DNA from: a virus
Virus record (IMG/VR): IMGVR_UViG_3300023179_000040
Location: 32,001 to 96,000 of that record
Length of the DNA stretch: 64,000 nt
Strand: one strand, 5' to 3'
In this document: positions 38,755 to 47,872 of the stretch, in pieces
Layout: every line of letters starts with the position of its first letter
Position numbering within the stretch: the first letter of the stretch is position 1
Notes under the pieces: model-generated
The model's database searches: none
What the model was told of the DNA's origin: nothing
Seen by the model: the letters and a program-made list of their open reading frames with translations, nothing else
Position numbers and translations under genes: made by a program

Positions 38755-39443
38755 GCGAATAGTTGTTGTAAGAATAGAGAATATGAAGTATATGACGGTA
38801 TATCAAGACTCTGGTCTTTGACCAAATCATTATTAAGTATTTTTATAACACTAGCACCGCACAATTTGGCCTCAATATAGTATGATCCATCAAGATCCAA
38901 ATATGCATCGCAGGAATTAAGAAGCTCCGCTTTTTCTGCTTCATTAACAAATCCTAAATTTTGAGCATGAGTAATGTTTTTATTAAAGAATTTTATTCGT
39001 TTGTTGGATTTGGGATATAATAGGCTCATTAACTCATCAGGTATAGTAGTATAGCCATCTAAAAAACATATAATATCATTATTTCTTTCTGTCTGTTTGT
39101 TACCGATAAATATATCGGTGTTAACGAGTCTTGGTATATGTCTGGTGAAAGAGTCTATATTGTGACTGATATGAATGCATTTTTTGGGTAAATTATTAAT
39201 TAATTCTACTAGTGTAGTATCATGATGATATAATACAATATTTTTATTTGTTATGAATTCTTCTATAAATTGATATATTTCAGGAGTACACAAATTAGCA
39301 CAAAAAATATATGTATCAAAATTATAACGATAATGTATTTCGTATAAATTATTATTAATAACGCCAGAGGCTGTTTCCATATTACTTATAACTGATAAAC
39401 TGTTAATAAATTTATCATCTATATATTGACTAAAAATTTTCAT
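38751..39443 (-). CDS. GT-B fold glycosyltransferase-like protein
   Basis: QNLGFV...ELLNSCDAYL...YIEAKLCGASVI resembles the GT-B C-terminal EAxxCGxxVI motif. Confidence 0.5.
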   Translation of the reverse strand: MKIFSQYIDDKFINSLSVISNMETASGVINNNLYEIHYRYNFDTYIFCANLCTPEIYQFIEEFITNKNIVLYHHDTTLVELINNLPKKCIHISHNIDSFTRHIPRLVNTDIFIGNKQTERNNDIICFLDGYTTIPDELMSLLYPKSNKRIKFFNKNITHAQNLGFVNEAEKAELLNSCDAYLDLDGSYYIEAKLCGASVIKILNNDLVKDQSLDIPSYTSYSLFLQQLFA

Positions 39444-40108
39444 ATAAATACTTTGGCCTTAGAAATATCTTTGGTGCTATTAATTTTCATTATGTTTTTC
39501 TTATTAATAAAATCTCGATCAAAATGGATATTATGTTTTTCAATTAAAAGATTGATCAGTTCAAATAAATACATTTGACTAATGTTTATTTCTTTATTTA
39601 TATGGTTAATACAATTAACGGCCATCCTGTTAAAGCTAACACACTCAGACCAAGCTATCGGTAAATCATAGAATAAATAATGGATATCATCTGATTCCGA
39701 ACATCCTATGGTAAAATTATATTTTGGCTTGTCTATCAAAAAAATTTTAGACTCATCACTCATTTTAAATGGATTATTCTTAAATAATATACCATTACTA
39801 ATCACCAATAACTGATTAGATGAGTATTCTTGAGCAAATTTTCCTAATATGTAAGCTTGATTAGTTCTGGAGTACTCAGGATTTTCTATAAAATAAAGAT
39901 TTTTATGATAGCTTTTGAATATTTTTTTAATTTTCTCAGACTCAAAGCCTGTTCCTATAAAAATATTTGCATGCTTATCATATTTTTTAATTTGATCTAT
40001 TTGATATTGTAAAACAGAAACAGAATTCTTGATATGTAGTAAAGCTTTGGATCCTACCGATTTCATACCTTTTGTAATTTCTGGTACTAATATTAGAATA
40101 TCAGGCAT
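39440..40108 (-). CDS. Sugar/choline-phosphate nucleotidyltransferase-like protein (degenerate signature)
   Basis: GMKSVGSKALL, GFESEKI, ENPEYSRTN match the NTP_transferase/LicC pattern, but LAAG is replaced by LVPE. Confidence 0.55.
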   Translation of the reverse strand: MPDILILVPEITKGMKSVGSKALLHIKNSVSVLQYQIDQIKKYDKHANIFIGTGFESEKIKKIFKSYHKNLYFIENPEYSRTNQAYILGKFAQEYSSNQLLVISNGILFKNNPFKMSDESKIFLIDKPKYNFTIGCSESDDIHYLFYDLPIAWSECVSFNRMAVNCINHINKEINISQMYLFELINLLIEKHNIHFDRDFINKKNIMKINSTKDISKAKVFI

Positions 40109-40838
40109 AGTAATAAATTTGTGGGTTATCTATTTCCTTAAAACTATCGTAAATATTTTTTTTGGTATATTTCATAAGCTCATAATAGTTTCTAAATGAT
40201 AAAAATAGACCATCTCCATTTTTTCTCATTAGCGCATGTATAATAGGCTGTTCTATGGCTACAATACTATTTAGTTTATTGATATCGCTGTTCCATGAGT
40301 TGCTGCTTTCTGATTTATTTATCCATAGAAAATCTATTTTACTAATGATGTCATTGGTATCAAATACAGTATCTAAAACTCCTTGAGGGTCTAAATCTTC
40401 TAAGATATTATGCAACTTCCATGATATATCACCCAGCATTTTTGTACATATATCTATAATAGTTTTTGTATTATTGTTTCGTCTTACAACTAATGAGACG
40501 AACATGGGTTTGACAGACAATGAGGCTATGCTTTGACAAATATCATAACATTCATCCTCATTTGAAATCATTACACATAAATAATACTTTATATTAGCAT
40601 TATTGATAAGTCTTATTTTAAGCTGTTCAATATCTCCTATTGATTCTTGATATTGCTTATATGTTTCAATATTGAACGCAAATGGACACCTATATTCTAA
40701 AATTTTATTAAAATTAGATTCTGATATATGGATAGTTTTTTTATTTTTTATTTGAGCTATAATAGACATAGCACATGGCTCGTCCGAGTTTGCATAATCA
40801 GCGAAAATACATTTTTCACAATTAGTAGTTGTTTTCAT
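40101..40838 (-). CDS. Hypothetical protein with N-terminal Cys cluster
   Basis: CEKCIF...C...C; overlapping operon arrangement. Confidence 0.5.
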   Translation of the reverse strand: MKTTTNCEKCIFADYANSDEPCAMSIIAQIKNKKTIHISESNFNKILEYRCPFAFNIETYKQYQESIGDIEQLKIRLINNANIKYYLCVMISNEDECYDICQSIASLSVKPMFVSLVVRRNNNTKTIIDICTKMLGDISWKLHNILEDLDPQGVLDTVFDTNDIISKIDFLWINKSESSNSWNSDINKLNSIVAIEQPIIHALMRKNGDGLFLSFRNYYELMKYTKKNIYDSFKEIDNPQIYYYA

Positions 40839-41266
40839 AGACTGTTCCTTTGAGCACTAATAGTGATTGATGTTTGATCATCGGCGTAAACTGTCTGGAC
40901 AACTTTAAATGTATTATTTTGTTCTATTGTTAGAGATAAAATTTCTGGAGATATAATCATTTGTTTGTCTTTAATATATTCTAAAAAATCTTTATCATCT
41001 ATAGAATTCATACTATATAGTCTAGTCACATATTTCATATTTGTTATTTCTGTCGTCAGTAATCCGCCCGGTCTAATTTTAGACATAATTTTTGGTAATA
41101 TTATAGAGAGCTGTTCCGGCGTGATTTGTTCTAAAACATTTGTATAAATATGATCGACAGAACAATTAACAACCGTGTCTAATGCTCGAATGTCTAATTC
41201 TGTAAAACCGTCAATATGCTTATGATTATCGTTTATATAAATATTAATAAGTCTGGTCATGGTCAT
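40835..41266 (-). CDS. Class I SAM methyltransferase-like protein (degenerate)
   Basis: SVDHIY..VLEQI...KIRPGGLL pattern present; no GxG motif I. Confidence 0.45.
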   Translation of the reverse strand: MTMTRLINIYINDNHKHIDGFTELDIRALDTVVNCSVDHIYTNVLEQITPEQLSIILPKIMSKIRPGGLLTTEITNMKYVTRLYSMNSIDDKDFLEYIKDKQMIISPEILSLTIEQNNTFKVVQTVYADDQTSITISAQRNSL

Positions 41267-42138
41267 AGATTGGGCTTTCTGATTATATGATATATATGTG
41301 ATAGTATCTCTTGGTTAAACTTTTCAAAACTATAATTCGTATTAATATTTTCAATTTGCTTATCAATATCTTTATTTTTGTATATTTCTAATTGTTGAGA
41401 TATGATAGATGTTAGCTGATTTAAATCATATAATACTGTGTGATCGCATTTTTCTAGATTATGACTAGAAATAACAGAACAGCCATTGATCATTCCGAAT
41501 AATACATTATAATCATCCTGAAAATCAACTAACACACAATACTGTTGCGCTATACTACACAGATTATCGTATGATAATTCATTAATACTATTCAACATAC
41601 CAGCATCAGGCCACGTATGTATCAAGTTTTTATATAAAGTATTGACAATATGATTATTCTGATAGTTAACAAAAAGTACGGATTTTCTATTTTTATTTGA
41701 TATTTGTTTTGGTAATGGTATACCATATTCGACTATTGGTGATTCTTCATTTATATGCCAACTATTTTTTATCGAGAGATTCCGAAATATTTTATATGAT
41801 GATGCAAGATTATTTTGAATTAAAAACTTATCTTCTTTCTTAACATCGTGTGCAGCGGTGTGTCGATAGTAGATTAAATCATTAATACATAAATGTTTTA
41901 TGTGGTTTTTGTTAGACGCATACATACTAGGATTATTTGTCCAATATATATCATATCCGATTAATAAATGATTAAGAGCACTATCTGGTACTATTAATAA
42001 TTTTTCGCATTTTTCTAGAGATTTATCAAAAATACTATTATTATAGTCATAAGATACGTATACGGGCACACCATTACCGTGTTCAGTAATAGTAAAAATA
42101 GGCTTTAAAATATTCTGCATTATTGAAGTATGTTGCAT
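41263..42138 (-). CDS. GT-B glycosyltransferase-like protein (degenerate)
   Basis: VEYGIP, GMINGCSVIS and terminal NYSFEKF patterns. Confidence 0.4.
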   Translation of the reverse strand: MQHTSIMQNILKPIFTITEHGNGVPVYVSYDYNNSIFDKSLEKCEKLLIVPDSALNHLLIGYDIYWTNNPSMYASNKNHIKHLCINDLIYYRHTAAHDVKKEDKFLIQNNLASSYKIFRNLSIKNSWHINEESPIVEYGIPLPKQISNKNRKSVLFVNYQNNHIVNTLYKNLIHTWPDAGMLNSINELSYDNLCSIAQQYCVLVDFQDDYNVLFGMINGCSVISSHNLEKCDHTVLYDLNQLTSIISQQLEIYKNKDIDKQIENINTNYSFEKFNQEILSHIYHIIRKPNL

Positions 42139-43148
42139 ACAGCATCGCCAACCGACTGGTGTTTGTTTTTGGAATGTTTTTGCTTAATTTTTTTATGTGA
42201 TATATTGCTCATTCTTGATAAAATATCCTCAACAGATATGCTATGCAAAAGGTCTTCTGTATCATATAAATTATTGATTTCAAGGCTATGTTCAGTATTA
42301 TTAAATTGTGAAATACTAATACAATCTTTATCTTGCATAGCTATATAGTAATCAAATAAATGCAAATAGGAATCTTCATTAAGAGCTAATAGACAGTCCA
42401 TGCTATTTATTGCCGATATACATGTTTTTTCTTCTAGATCCATAAAATAAATTTTAATATTGATATTAGATATAATATTCAATTTGTTTTGTGTATCAAG
42501 TATAAATTTTTCTATAGACTCTTTGTCTGTTTGTGTGCCTCTTAAAAATAAAACTAATTTTTTAGATAAGTCAGCTCTGTATCCTATAAGAAAAGCTGTG
42601 ATAATTTTTTCTATAACAGGCCTATTTAAGCTATAGTAGCCTATAAAACCAAAGTAATAATCATTTAATTTACTTTTAAAGTCATATCTTTGAGAAATAA
42701 ATTCTTTATTCATATATGAAGTTATATCTTCATAGCAAACATGTATAGGTTTTTTAATTTCAGATTTAAGTAAGATTTGTTTTTCATATTCACTATTGAC
42801 GATTATATGATCGCATCTATTTAATATTTGTAGATGACTATATTTTGATGCTTTATATAGCTTAGGATCAAGTATTGGTATGCAAATATTAGTCCATTTT
42901 GTAATAAAAGATAATTCGCTAGGCTTACTATGACTTATGACAGCATCACATCTATCAAAGTTATTCGGTAAGGTTTCTTCGATATTCACATTAGTGTTTT
43001 TATTCATATCTACCATGTAGGATAATGACCTACCATATACAGAAAATCGCCCAGCGCTTTTATTTTGTATAGAATTTAAATAGATTCTGGATAGTATACC
43101 GTCTATACCATTATTGCGATATGGACCTATATATATTAGATTTTTCAT
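42120..43148 (-). CDS. GT4-like glycosyltransferase (degenerate)
   Basis: N-terminal LIYIGPY, YYFGFIG...IITAF...LVLF; EX7E motif missing. Confidence 0.45.
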   Translation of the reverse strand: MKNLIYIGPYRNNGIDGILSRIYLNSIQNKSAGRFSVYGRSLSYMVDMNKNTNVNIEETLPNNFDRCDAVISHSKPSELSFITKWTNICIPILDPKLYKASKYSHLQILNRCDHIIVNSEYEKQILLKSEIKKPIHVCYEDITSYMNKEFISQRYDFKSKLNDYYFGFIGYYSLNRPVIEKIITAFLIGYRADLSKKLVLFLRGTQTDKESIEKFILDTQNKLNIISNINIKIYFMDLEEKTCISAINSMDCLLALNEDSYLHLFDYYIAMQDKDCISISQFNNTEHSLEINNLYDTEDLLHSISVEDILSRMSNISHKKIKQKHSKNKHQSVGDAVCNILQ

Positions 43149-44857
43149 ATATTTAATGGATTAATGGTATTTTGTTTAATAGAGGCGTATTGTATAAAAT
43201 CATCCGTAAAATCTATATTTTGTATTCTTGCTTGTTCTGATTGATTATTGTTGTTAATAACCATGTTAGCAAAATTAATAGCGTCACCGAACGAATGCTT
43301 ATTTACCGACATACCATGCATACTAAAGCCATAATCAGCTTGTTGCATTAGGTTTAGAGAGATCATAGATCCTATTAAGTTTTTATTACCAAGTCTTTTT
43401 GCAAATATGTTGTTAATTATACTATAATGATTATTTGGTGATACATTGGACAATTTTTGATCTAGTGGTTCAAAAAATGCTGGTGCTGCATCCCATTTCG
43501 GCTGACATGATTCTGCTAAGTGATCCAAATGTTTTATCCATTTATTGGCTATATCGTCCCAATGATAGTATTTTTCTGTTAATTTTCTTGTTTCATCGCC
43601 CAAGACTTTTCTTTCATCTTCACTCATATTTGCGACGGTAATAATGGCTGATGATAGTTGTTTATTATCTGGATATACTCTTATAGCTTTAGTTTCTAGC
43701 TCTTTAAAAAATGCTGCCGGTTGTATGGGAATAGCATTTAATTTTTTAACAATGTCGCACATAGCACTATAATTCACTGTGATAATCGGCAATCCAGATG
43801 CTCCAGCCTCGGTCTGAGGACATCCAAACCCTTCACATATCGAGTACTGAATATATGCATCAAAAGAGCTATAAACCTTAGCTAATTGATCTGATGTGAT
43901 ACCGTTTGTTACAGAGGAAAACGTCATTAATTTTTCCATACATGATGGACAAGCTATAGCGGGTCCGGTAAATACTTTAGATAGTACTGCACCGCACTTA
44001 CGACATAAATAGGTAAAAAATACTCTATTACATAATCTATTGTCTTTAAGTATTTCTGGAATATCCCAACCAGCATCAGGATAGCTAGTATGTAAATATA
44101 GATAAAGTTTAGATGCTTTATCAGGATCAGTTTCTGATAGTTTGTCTAGCGCATTTCTAAATGATAAAAATAATTCTGGAATTAGTTTGCGTTTTTGATT
44201 TCTCATAACAGATCCAAAAATAATAGCATCTTCCGGAAGACCTAAAATTTTTCGGATTTGATTTTTTTCTTGTTTGCTACGATTTTGAAAAATAGATAAA
44301 TCTACACCCGGAGAAACTGTAGCTATATAATTAATTTTATTAGAGCTTTGCTGCTTTAATACTTCTGCTCCCCAATCAGAATATGTAAAAACACTATCGG
44401 CTGAAAGAAATGTATCAATCCAATCTTCTTGTTGTGGTGCAGAATCGACAGTAGGCATTAGGATCCAATGGAAAAATTTTCTAAGAGGAGATAATGCCTG
44501 ATATGAATTCATCCAATAATCTCTGATATCTATCACTATATCTGGCTTAAAATCTAAAAGAACTTTTTCAAATCTCCATCTACCGAATTGATTATCTGAT
44601 CTAGATGAGTATTCGCTATATCTAGGATCGTCCTCCCTAACAGCATTAGCATAATATTTCCATGGAATATTTTTATCTCTCGGATCATTGACTAAACCAT
44701 AACATGCAAATTCTGCTATATCATATTTATTGGTCTTATATAGTCTTGATAATATCTCTCTAGTATAAACAGCAAATCCGGAACTAAGAAAGCTAGCTTC
44801 GGATACCATTAATATTCTGAGTTTGCGTTTTTTGGTAATCAAAGACAAATGTTCCAT
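43145..44857 (-). CDS. GT4-family glycosyltransferase with Zn-ribbon insertion
   Basis: SGFAVY, PGVD, RNQKRK, intact EGFGCPQTE (EX7E); CRKC...CPSC insert. ATG at 44857 preferred over 44902, which lies in a hairpin. Confidence 0.8.
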   Translation of the reverse strand: MEHLSLITKKRKLRILMVSEASFLSSGFAVYTREILSRLYKTNKYDIAEFACYGLVNDPRDKNIPWKYYANAVREDDPRYSEYSSRSDNQFGRWRFEKVLLDFKPDIVIDIRDYWMNSYQALSPLRKFFHWILMPTVDSAPQQEDWIDTFLSADSVFTYSDWGAEVLKQQSSNKINYIATVSPGVDLSIFQNRSKQEKNQIRKILGLPEDAIIFGSVMRNQKRKLIPELFLSFRNALDKLSETDPDKASKLYLYLHTSYPDAGWDIPEILKDNRLCNRVFFTYLCRKCGAVLSKVFTGPAIACPSCMEKLMTFSSVTNGITSDQLAKVYSSFDAYIQYSICEGFGCPQTEAGASGLPIITVNYSAMCDIVKKLNAIPIQPAAFFKELETKAIRVYPDNKQLSSAIITVANMSEDERKVLGDETRKLTEKYYHWDDIANKWIKHLDHLAESCQPKWDAAPAFFEPLDQKLSNVSPNNHYSIINNIFAKRLGNKNLIGSMISLNLMQQADYGFSMHGMSVNKHSFGDAINFANMVINNNNQSEQARIQNIDFTDDFIQYASIKQNTINPLNI

Positions 44858-44865
44858 AAAAATAT

Positions 44866-44903
44866 GTGTGTCGAAGGGGCGTATTTCAGCCCCAACGAAC
44901 ACA
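44866..44903 (-). terminator. GC-rich hairpin downstream of ssb (terminator/attenuator candidate)
   Basis: Minus strand gtgttcgttGGGGC-tgaaatac-GCCCCttcgacac followed by atattttt. Confidence 0.5.
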
Positions 44904-44933
44904 ACTAGTTAATGATATAAATTATATAATCAC

Positions 44934-45314
44934 TTAAAAAGCAACGGTTTCAGTCGTATCAGACTGGCTTACCTTCATCTGCTTAGAAAGCTTAGTAATC
45001 TTAGAGAAGTTATTTACTCTAACCTTCAAACTACTATGCTTAACTCCATCCTTTTCCCAGCTATCATTTCTGAGAGAACCTTCTACTAGTACTAGATCGC
45101 CCTTTTTAAAAGATGATCCAATAACATCAGCCCCACTATCCCAAGCTTCACAGTTGATAAAAGAAGTAATCTTATCCTTTTCACCGCTAGCCTTCGTATA
45201 TTCCCTAGAAACTGCAACAGTAAAATTAACCACAGATGTCTGCTTACCACCAGTATTAACAACTCGTAGCTCAGGATCTCTAGCTAAATTACCTCTCAAA
45301 ATAGTAATATTCAT
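44934..45314 (-). CDS. ssb: Single-stranded DNA-binding protein
   Basis: GNLARDPELR, FINCEAW, KGDLVLVEGSL; RBS AAGGAG. Confidence 0.95.
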   Translation of the reverse strand: MNITILRGNLARDPELRVVNTGGKQTSVVNFTVAVSREYTKASGEKDKITSFINCEAWDSGADVIGSSFKKGDLVLVEGSLRNDSWEKDGVKHSSLKVRVNNFSKITKLSKQMKVSQSDTTETVAF

Positions 45315-45360
45315 ATCATCTCCTTGTTTAAAAATAAAACCAATACCAACACAGTACTAT

Positions 45361-45388
45361 ATCATAGGTCCGCCCAAGAAGCTGTCAA
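45361..45388 (-). promoter_or_regulatory. Sigma70-like promoter upstream of ssb
   Basis: TTGACA-16 nt-TATGAT on the minus strand; the -35 box overlaps the dnaE-C stop codon. Confidence 0.55.
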
Positions 45389-47007
45389 GTTTTGGGCATA
45401 AAACATTTTTCTACCAGAAAACCGTCCTTTGTGTTGCTTTTTTTTCCTACAAAAACTAGCACATTACCGACAAATAGATGATGTTTATAAACACTGAGCT
45501 GATCTGGAAAGAAAATAACAGAATCCAATAATCCATAAGCATCTTCTATGCTAACAAAAGCCATCTCTTGTCCTGGATTTTTACCGGTCTTAGTCTTTAT
45601 AATATTTATATTGCTTATCTCTCCCGCCAAAATAATATTTTCTCGTAAATGAGTATTTTTAAATTCTTTACAGTTTGTGTTTGCCATGCTAATATCGTAA
45701 GAATCTAATTTTGAACAGGATATAGATACTCCTAGCAGACCACTTTCGGAATCAGATAGCCATTCTATCTTATCTATCAGAGAATACGGCGGATTCTTTA
45801 AAGAACCAATCAAGTGATTAATATGCTCTACTCGTTTTTTAGTTATCTTCATAGTTAGTAATCTAACCAGAGCATCGGATAAAGATATTTTTGGGGCTTT
45901 ATTGATAATGTCAATAAGTTGAGAAAGCTCCTTTTTTGTTAATGAAGATATGGTTTCGTATTCAAAAAGCATTTCAGATCTATTCTTTTTGAAATAATCC
46001 ATAGCGCCACCACCAATAAGTGCTTTTGATGCTATTGAATTTAAATTAACTAAAATATTAGATAGGGTTTGTAAATATGAAAAACTATTAAGATCTATAT
46101 TTTCTGTTAGATCTAATATCTTTTGATATACTGAGTCTCCGACTCCTTTGATGTCTGTTAAACCAAAATGTATATTTTTATTAACAATAGCAAAATGCCT
46201 ATTTTTTAGTCTTAGGTCTGGTAATCTAATATCTATGCCCATTTCATTAGCATTACGAACCAACTCTTTTATTTCTTGTTGTGGATCTATTTTGTCTTTG
46301 GCAAATTTCAAATATGAAGCAAAAAATACTCTTGGGAAATGCGTCTTTGTATATGCAGAAAGATAAGCATTCATTGCGTAGCTAATACTATGAGACTTAT
46401 TAAAGCTATATCGTTGACTTTTTTCGATCCAACTGAAAATTTCTTCTGCTTGTTTTTCAGTGACTATACCTTGAGTTTTAGCTCCCGATAAAAATTTATG
46501 TTTAATTTTGGCCATTTCTTCCGGTTTCTTTTTACCAATAGCTTTTCTAAGCATGTCTGCTTCTTGCAAATCAAAACCGGCTATATCGTGAGCTATTTGC
46601 ATACTTTCTTCTTGATAAATCATCTCGCCATAAGTTGTTTTAAGGGCGGGTTCTAATGATGGATGGAAAAAATCAATACTTTCTTGTCCATTCTTTTTAT
46701 CTATATAATGATTAGTAATGCTCTTGTTGTCTCTCACAGACTCTAAGCATCCCGGTCTTAAAATAGCAATCAAGCCAGATAACTGCTCTATATTTTCTGG
46801 CTTAAGTTTTTTAGACATCATTTGTCCTAGTCTTGACTCCAATTGAAAACACCCCTTAGTATTTCCACTAGATATCAAATCCCAAGTTTTGCTACAATCA
46901 AGACTAATATCCTCTATCTTGGCAGAGAAATCTATTTTGGGAGTTTTCCCTGTATTATCGATAATAGGAAATTTACAACCGCAATCAAAACCAAAATACT
47001 CAGACAT
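45385..47007 (-). CDS. dnaE: DNA polymerase III alpha, C-terminal part (fingers, HhH, OB)
   Basis: GCFQLES, LRPG, IYQEE, LRKAIGKK, YSFNKSHS, GLTDIKGVG, MAFVSIED. Confidence 0.9.
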   Translation of the reverse strand: MSEYFGFDCGCKFPIIDNTGKTPKIDFSAKIEDISLDCSKTWDLISSGNTKGCFQLESRLGQMMSKKLKPENIEQLSGLIAILRPGCLESVRDNKSITNHYIDKKNGQESIDFFHPSLEPALKTTYGEMIYQEESMQIAHDIAGFDLQEADMLRKAIGKKKPEEMAKIKHKFLSGAKTQGIVTEKQAEEIFSWIEKSQRYSFNKSHSISYAMNAYLSAYTKTHFPRVFFASYLKFAKDKIDPQQEIKELVRNANEMGIDIRLPDLRLKNRHFAIVNKNIHFGLTDIKGVGDSVYQKILDLTENIDLNSFSYLQTLSNILVNLNSIASKALIGGGAMDYFKKNRSEMLFEYETISSLTKKELSQLIDIINKAPKISLSDALVRLLTMKITKKRVEHINHLIGSLKNPPYSLIDKIEWLSDSESGLLGVSISCSKLDSYDISMANTNCKEFKNTHLRENIILAGEISNINIIKTKTGKNPGQEMAFVSIEDAYGLLDSVIFFPDQLSVYKHHLFVGNVLVFVGKKSNTKDGFLVEKCFMPKT

Positions 47008-47695
47008 TTAAAAATGATCCCTTAAATTTAATTTTATTAGATAGATTTCTATGTAATTTCATAAATCTTATAAGGATATTCGCGGTATCTTTAACGTCCT
47101 TGAGTGCGTCGTGGGCACCTTCTTTGGATATACCCATATAATCACGCAAAGTATCTAATGTATAGTTTTTAAGTTCACTATTGTTTTCAAACCAATAGAA
47201 CACAACGTTCATTAAGTCTATTACATCTCTTGGATAAAATAAGCTGGTACGACCTTCTTTATTAAGATTATTGTACTTTTGACTCAGACGATCTATAATA
47301 CGCAAATCAAATCTATTGATATTATATCCAGCGGCAATGGGGGCACTAAAACAAGACTTTCTTTCGGATCTAGAATGATACATTTCTAAATATGATGTAA
47401 ACAATTTCCATCCATGATCTTGCTTTTGAAAAGAATGCCACTCCTTCAAAATATCTGCTTTAGTTGATGATCTAACCTTAGCATGAAAGTCTAAAACATC
47501 ACTATCACTATAATCATAGTTTGGGTTATCACTAAGTTGTTCTGGTTTGAGAGTTATATTAAACTCAGAACTAGAAATAATATCTAACTTTATTGGATCA
47601 ATCATCACAGCTGCAATTTGTACCGGGCTACACTTATCAGGATTCGATCCGTCAGTTTCCAAATCAAAAACACAAATTTTTTGTAAATTAGGCAT
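47000..47695 (-). CDS. DEDDh 3'-5' exonuclease (DnaQ/epsilon-like)
   Basis: FDLETDG, GYNINRFD, AHDALKDV. Confidence 0.9.
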   Translation of the reverse strand: MPNLQKICVFDLETDGSNPDKCSPVQIAAVMIDPIKLDIISSSEFNITLKPEQLSDNPNYDYSDSDVLDFHAKVRSSTKADILKEWHSFQKQDHGWKLFTSYLEMYHSRSERKSCFSAPIAAGYNINRFDLRIIDRLSQKYNNLNKEGRTSLFYPRDVIDLMNVVFYWFENNSELKNYTLDTLRDYMGISKEGAHDALKDVKDTANILIRFMKLHRNLSNKIKFKGSFLNV

Positions 47696-47870
47696 TAACG
47701 CTCACCACTGTATTGTCTTGAACAAATATCCTTGCCGTATTATTATCTACCAAATAAGCATTAATTGATTGACAGCAACTTACCCTAACATTTTCTATCT
47801 TAACATATTCTGTACCGTTAAGATTAAATTTATCGCCTACTCTAACTTCAGCAAAAGTTTTTTCTACCAT
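47688..47870 (-). CDS. Small hypothetical protein (60 aa)
   Basis: Fills the gap between dnaE-N and the exonuclease with tight junctions; GGAG upstream. Confidence 0.55.
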   Translation of the reverse strand: MVEKTFAEVRVGDKFNLNGTEYVKIENVRVSCCQSINAYLVDNNTARIFVQDNTVVSVNA

Positions 47871-47872
47871 TC

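Noticed and set aside
44866-44933. tRNA or structured ncRNA in intergenic gaps
   Set aside because: Only a single hairpin; no cloverleaf or T-loop consensus seen here or in other gaps by eye.
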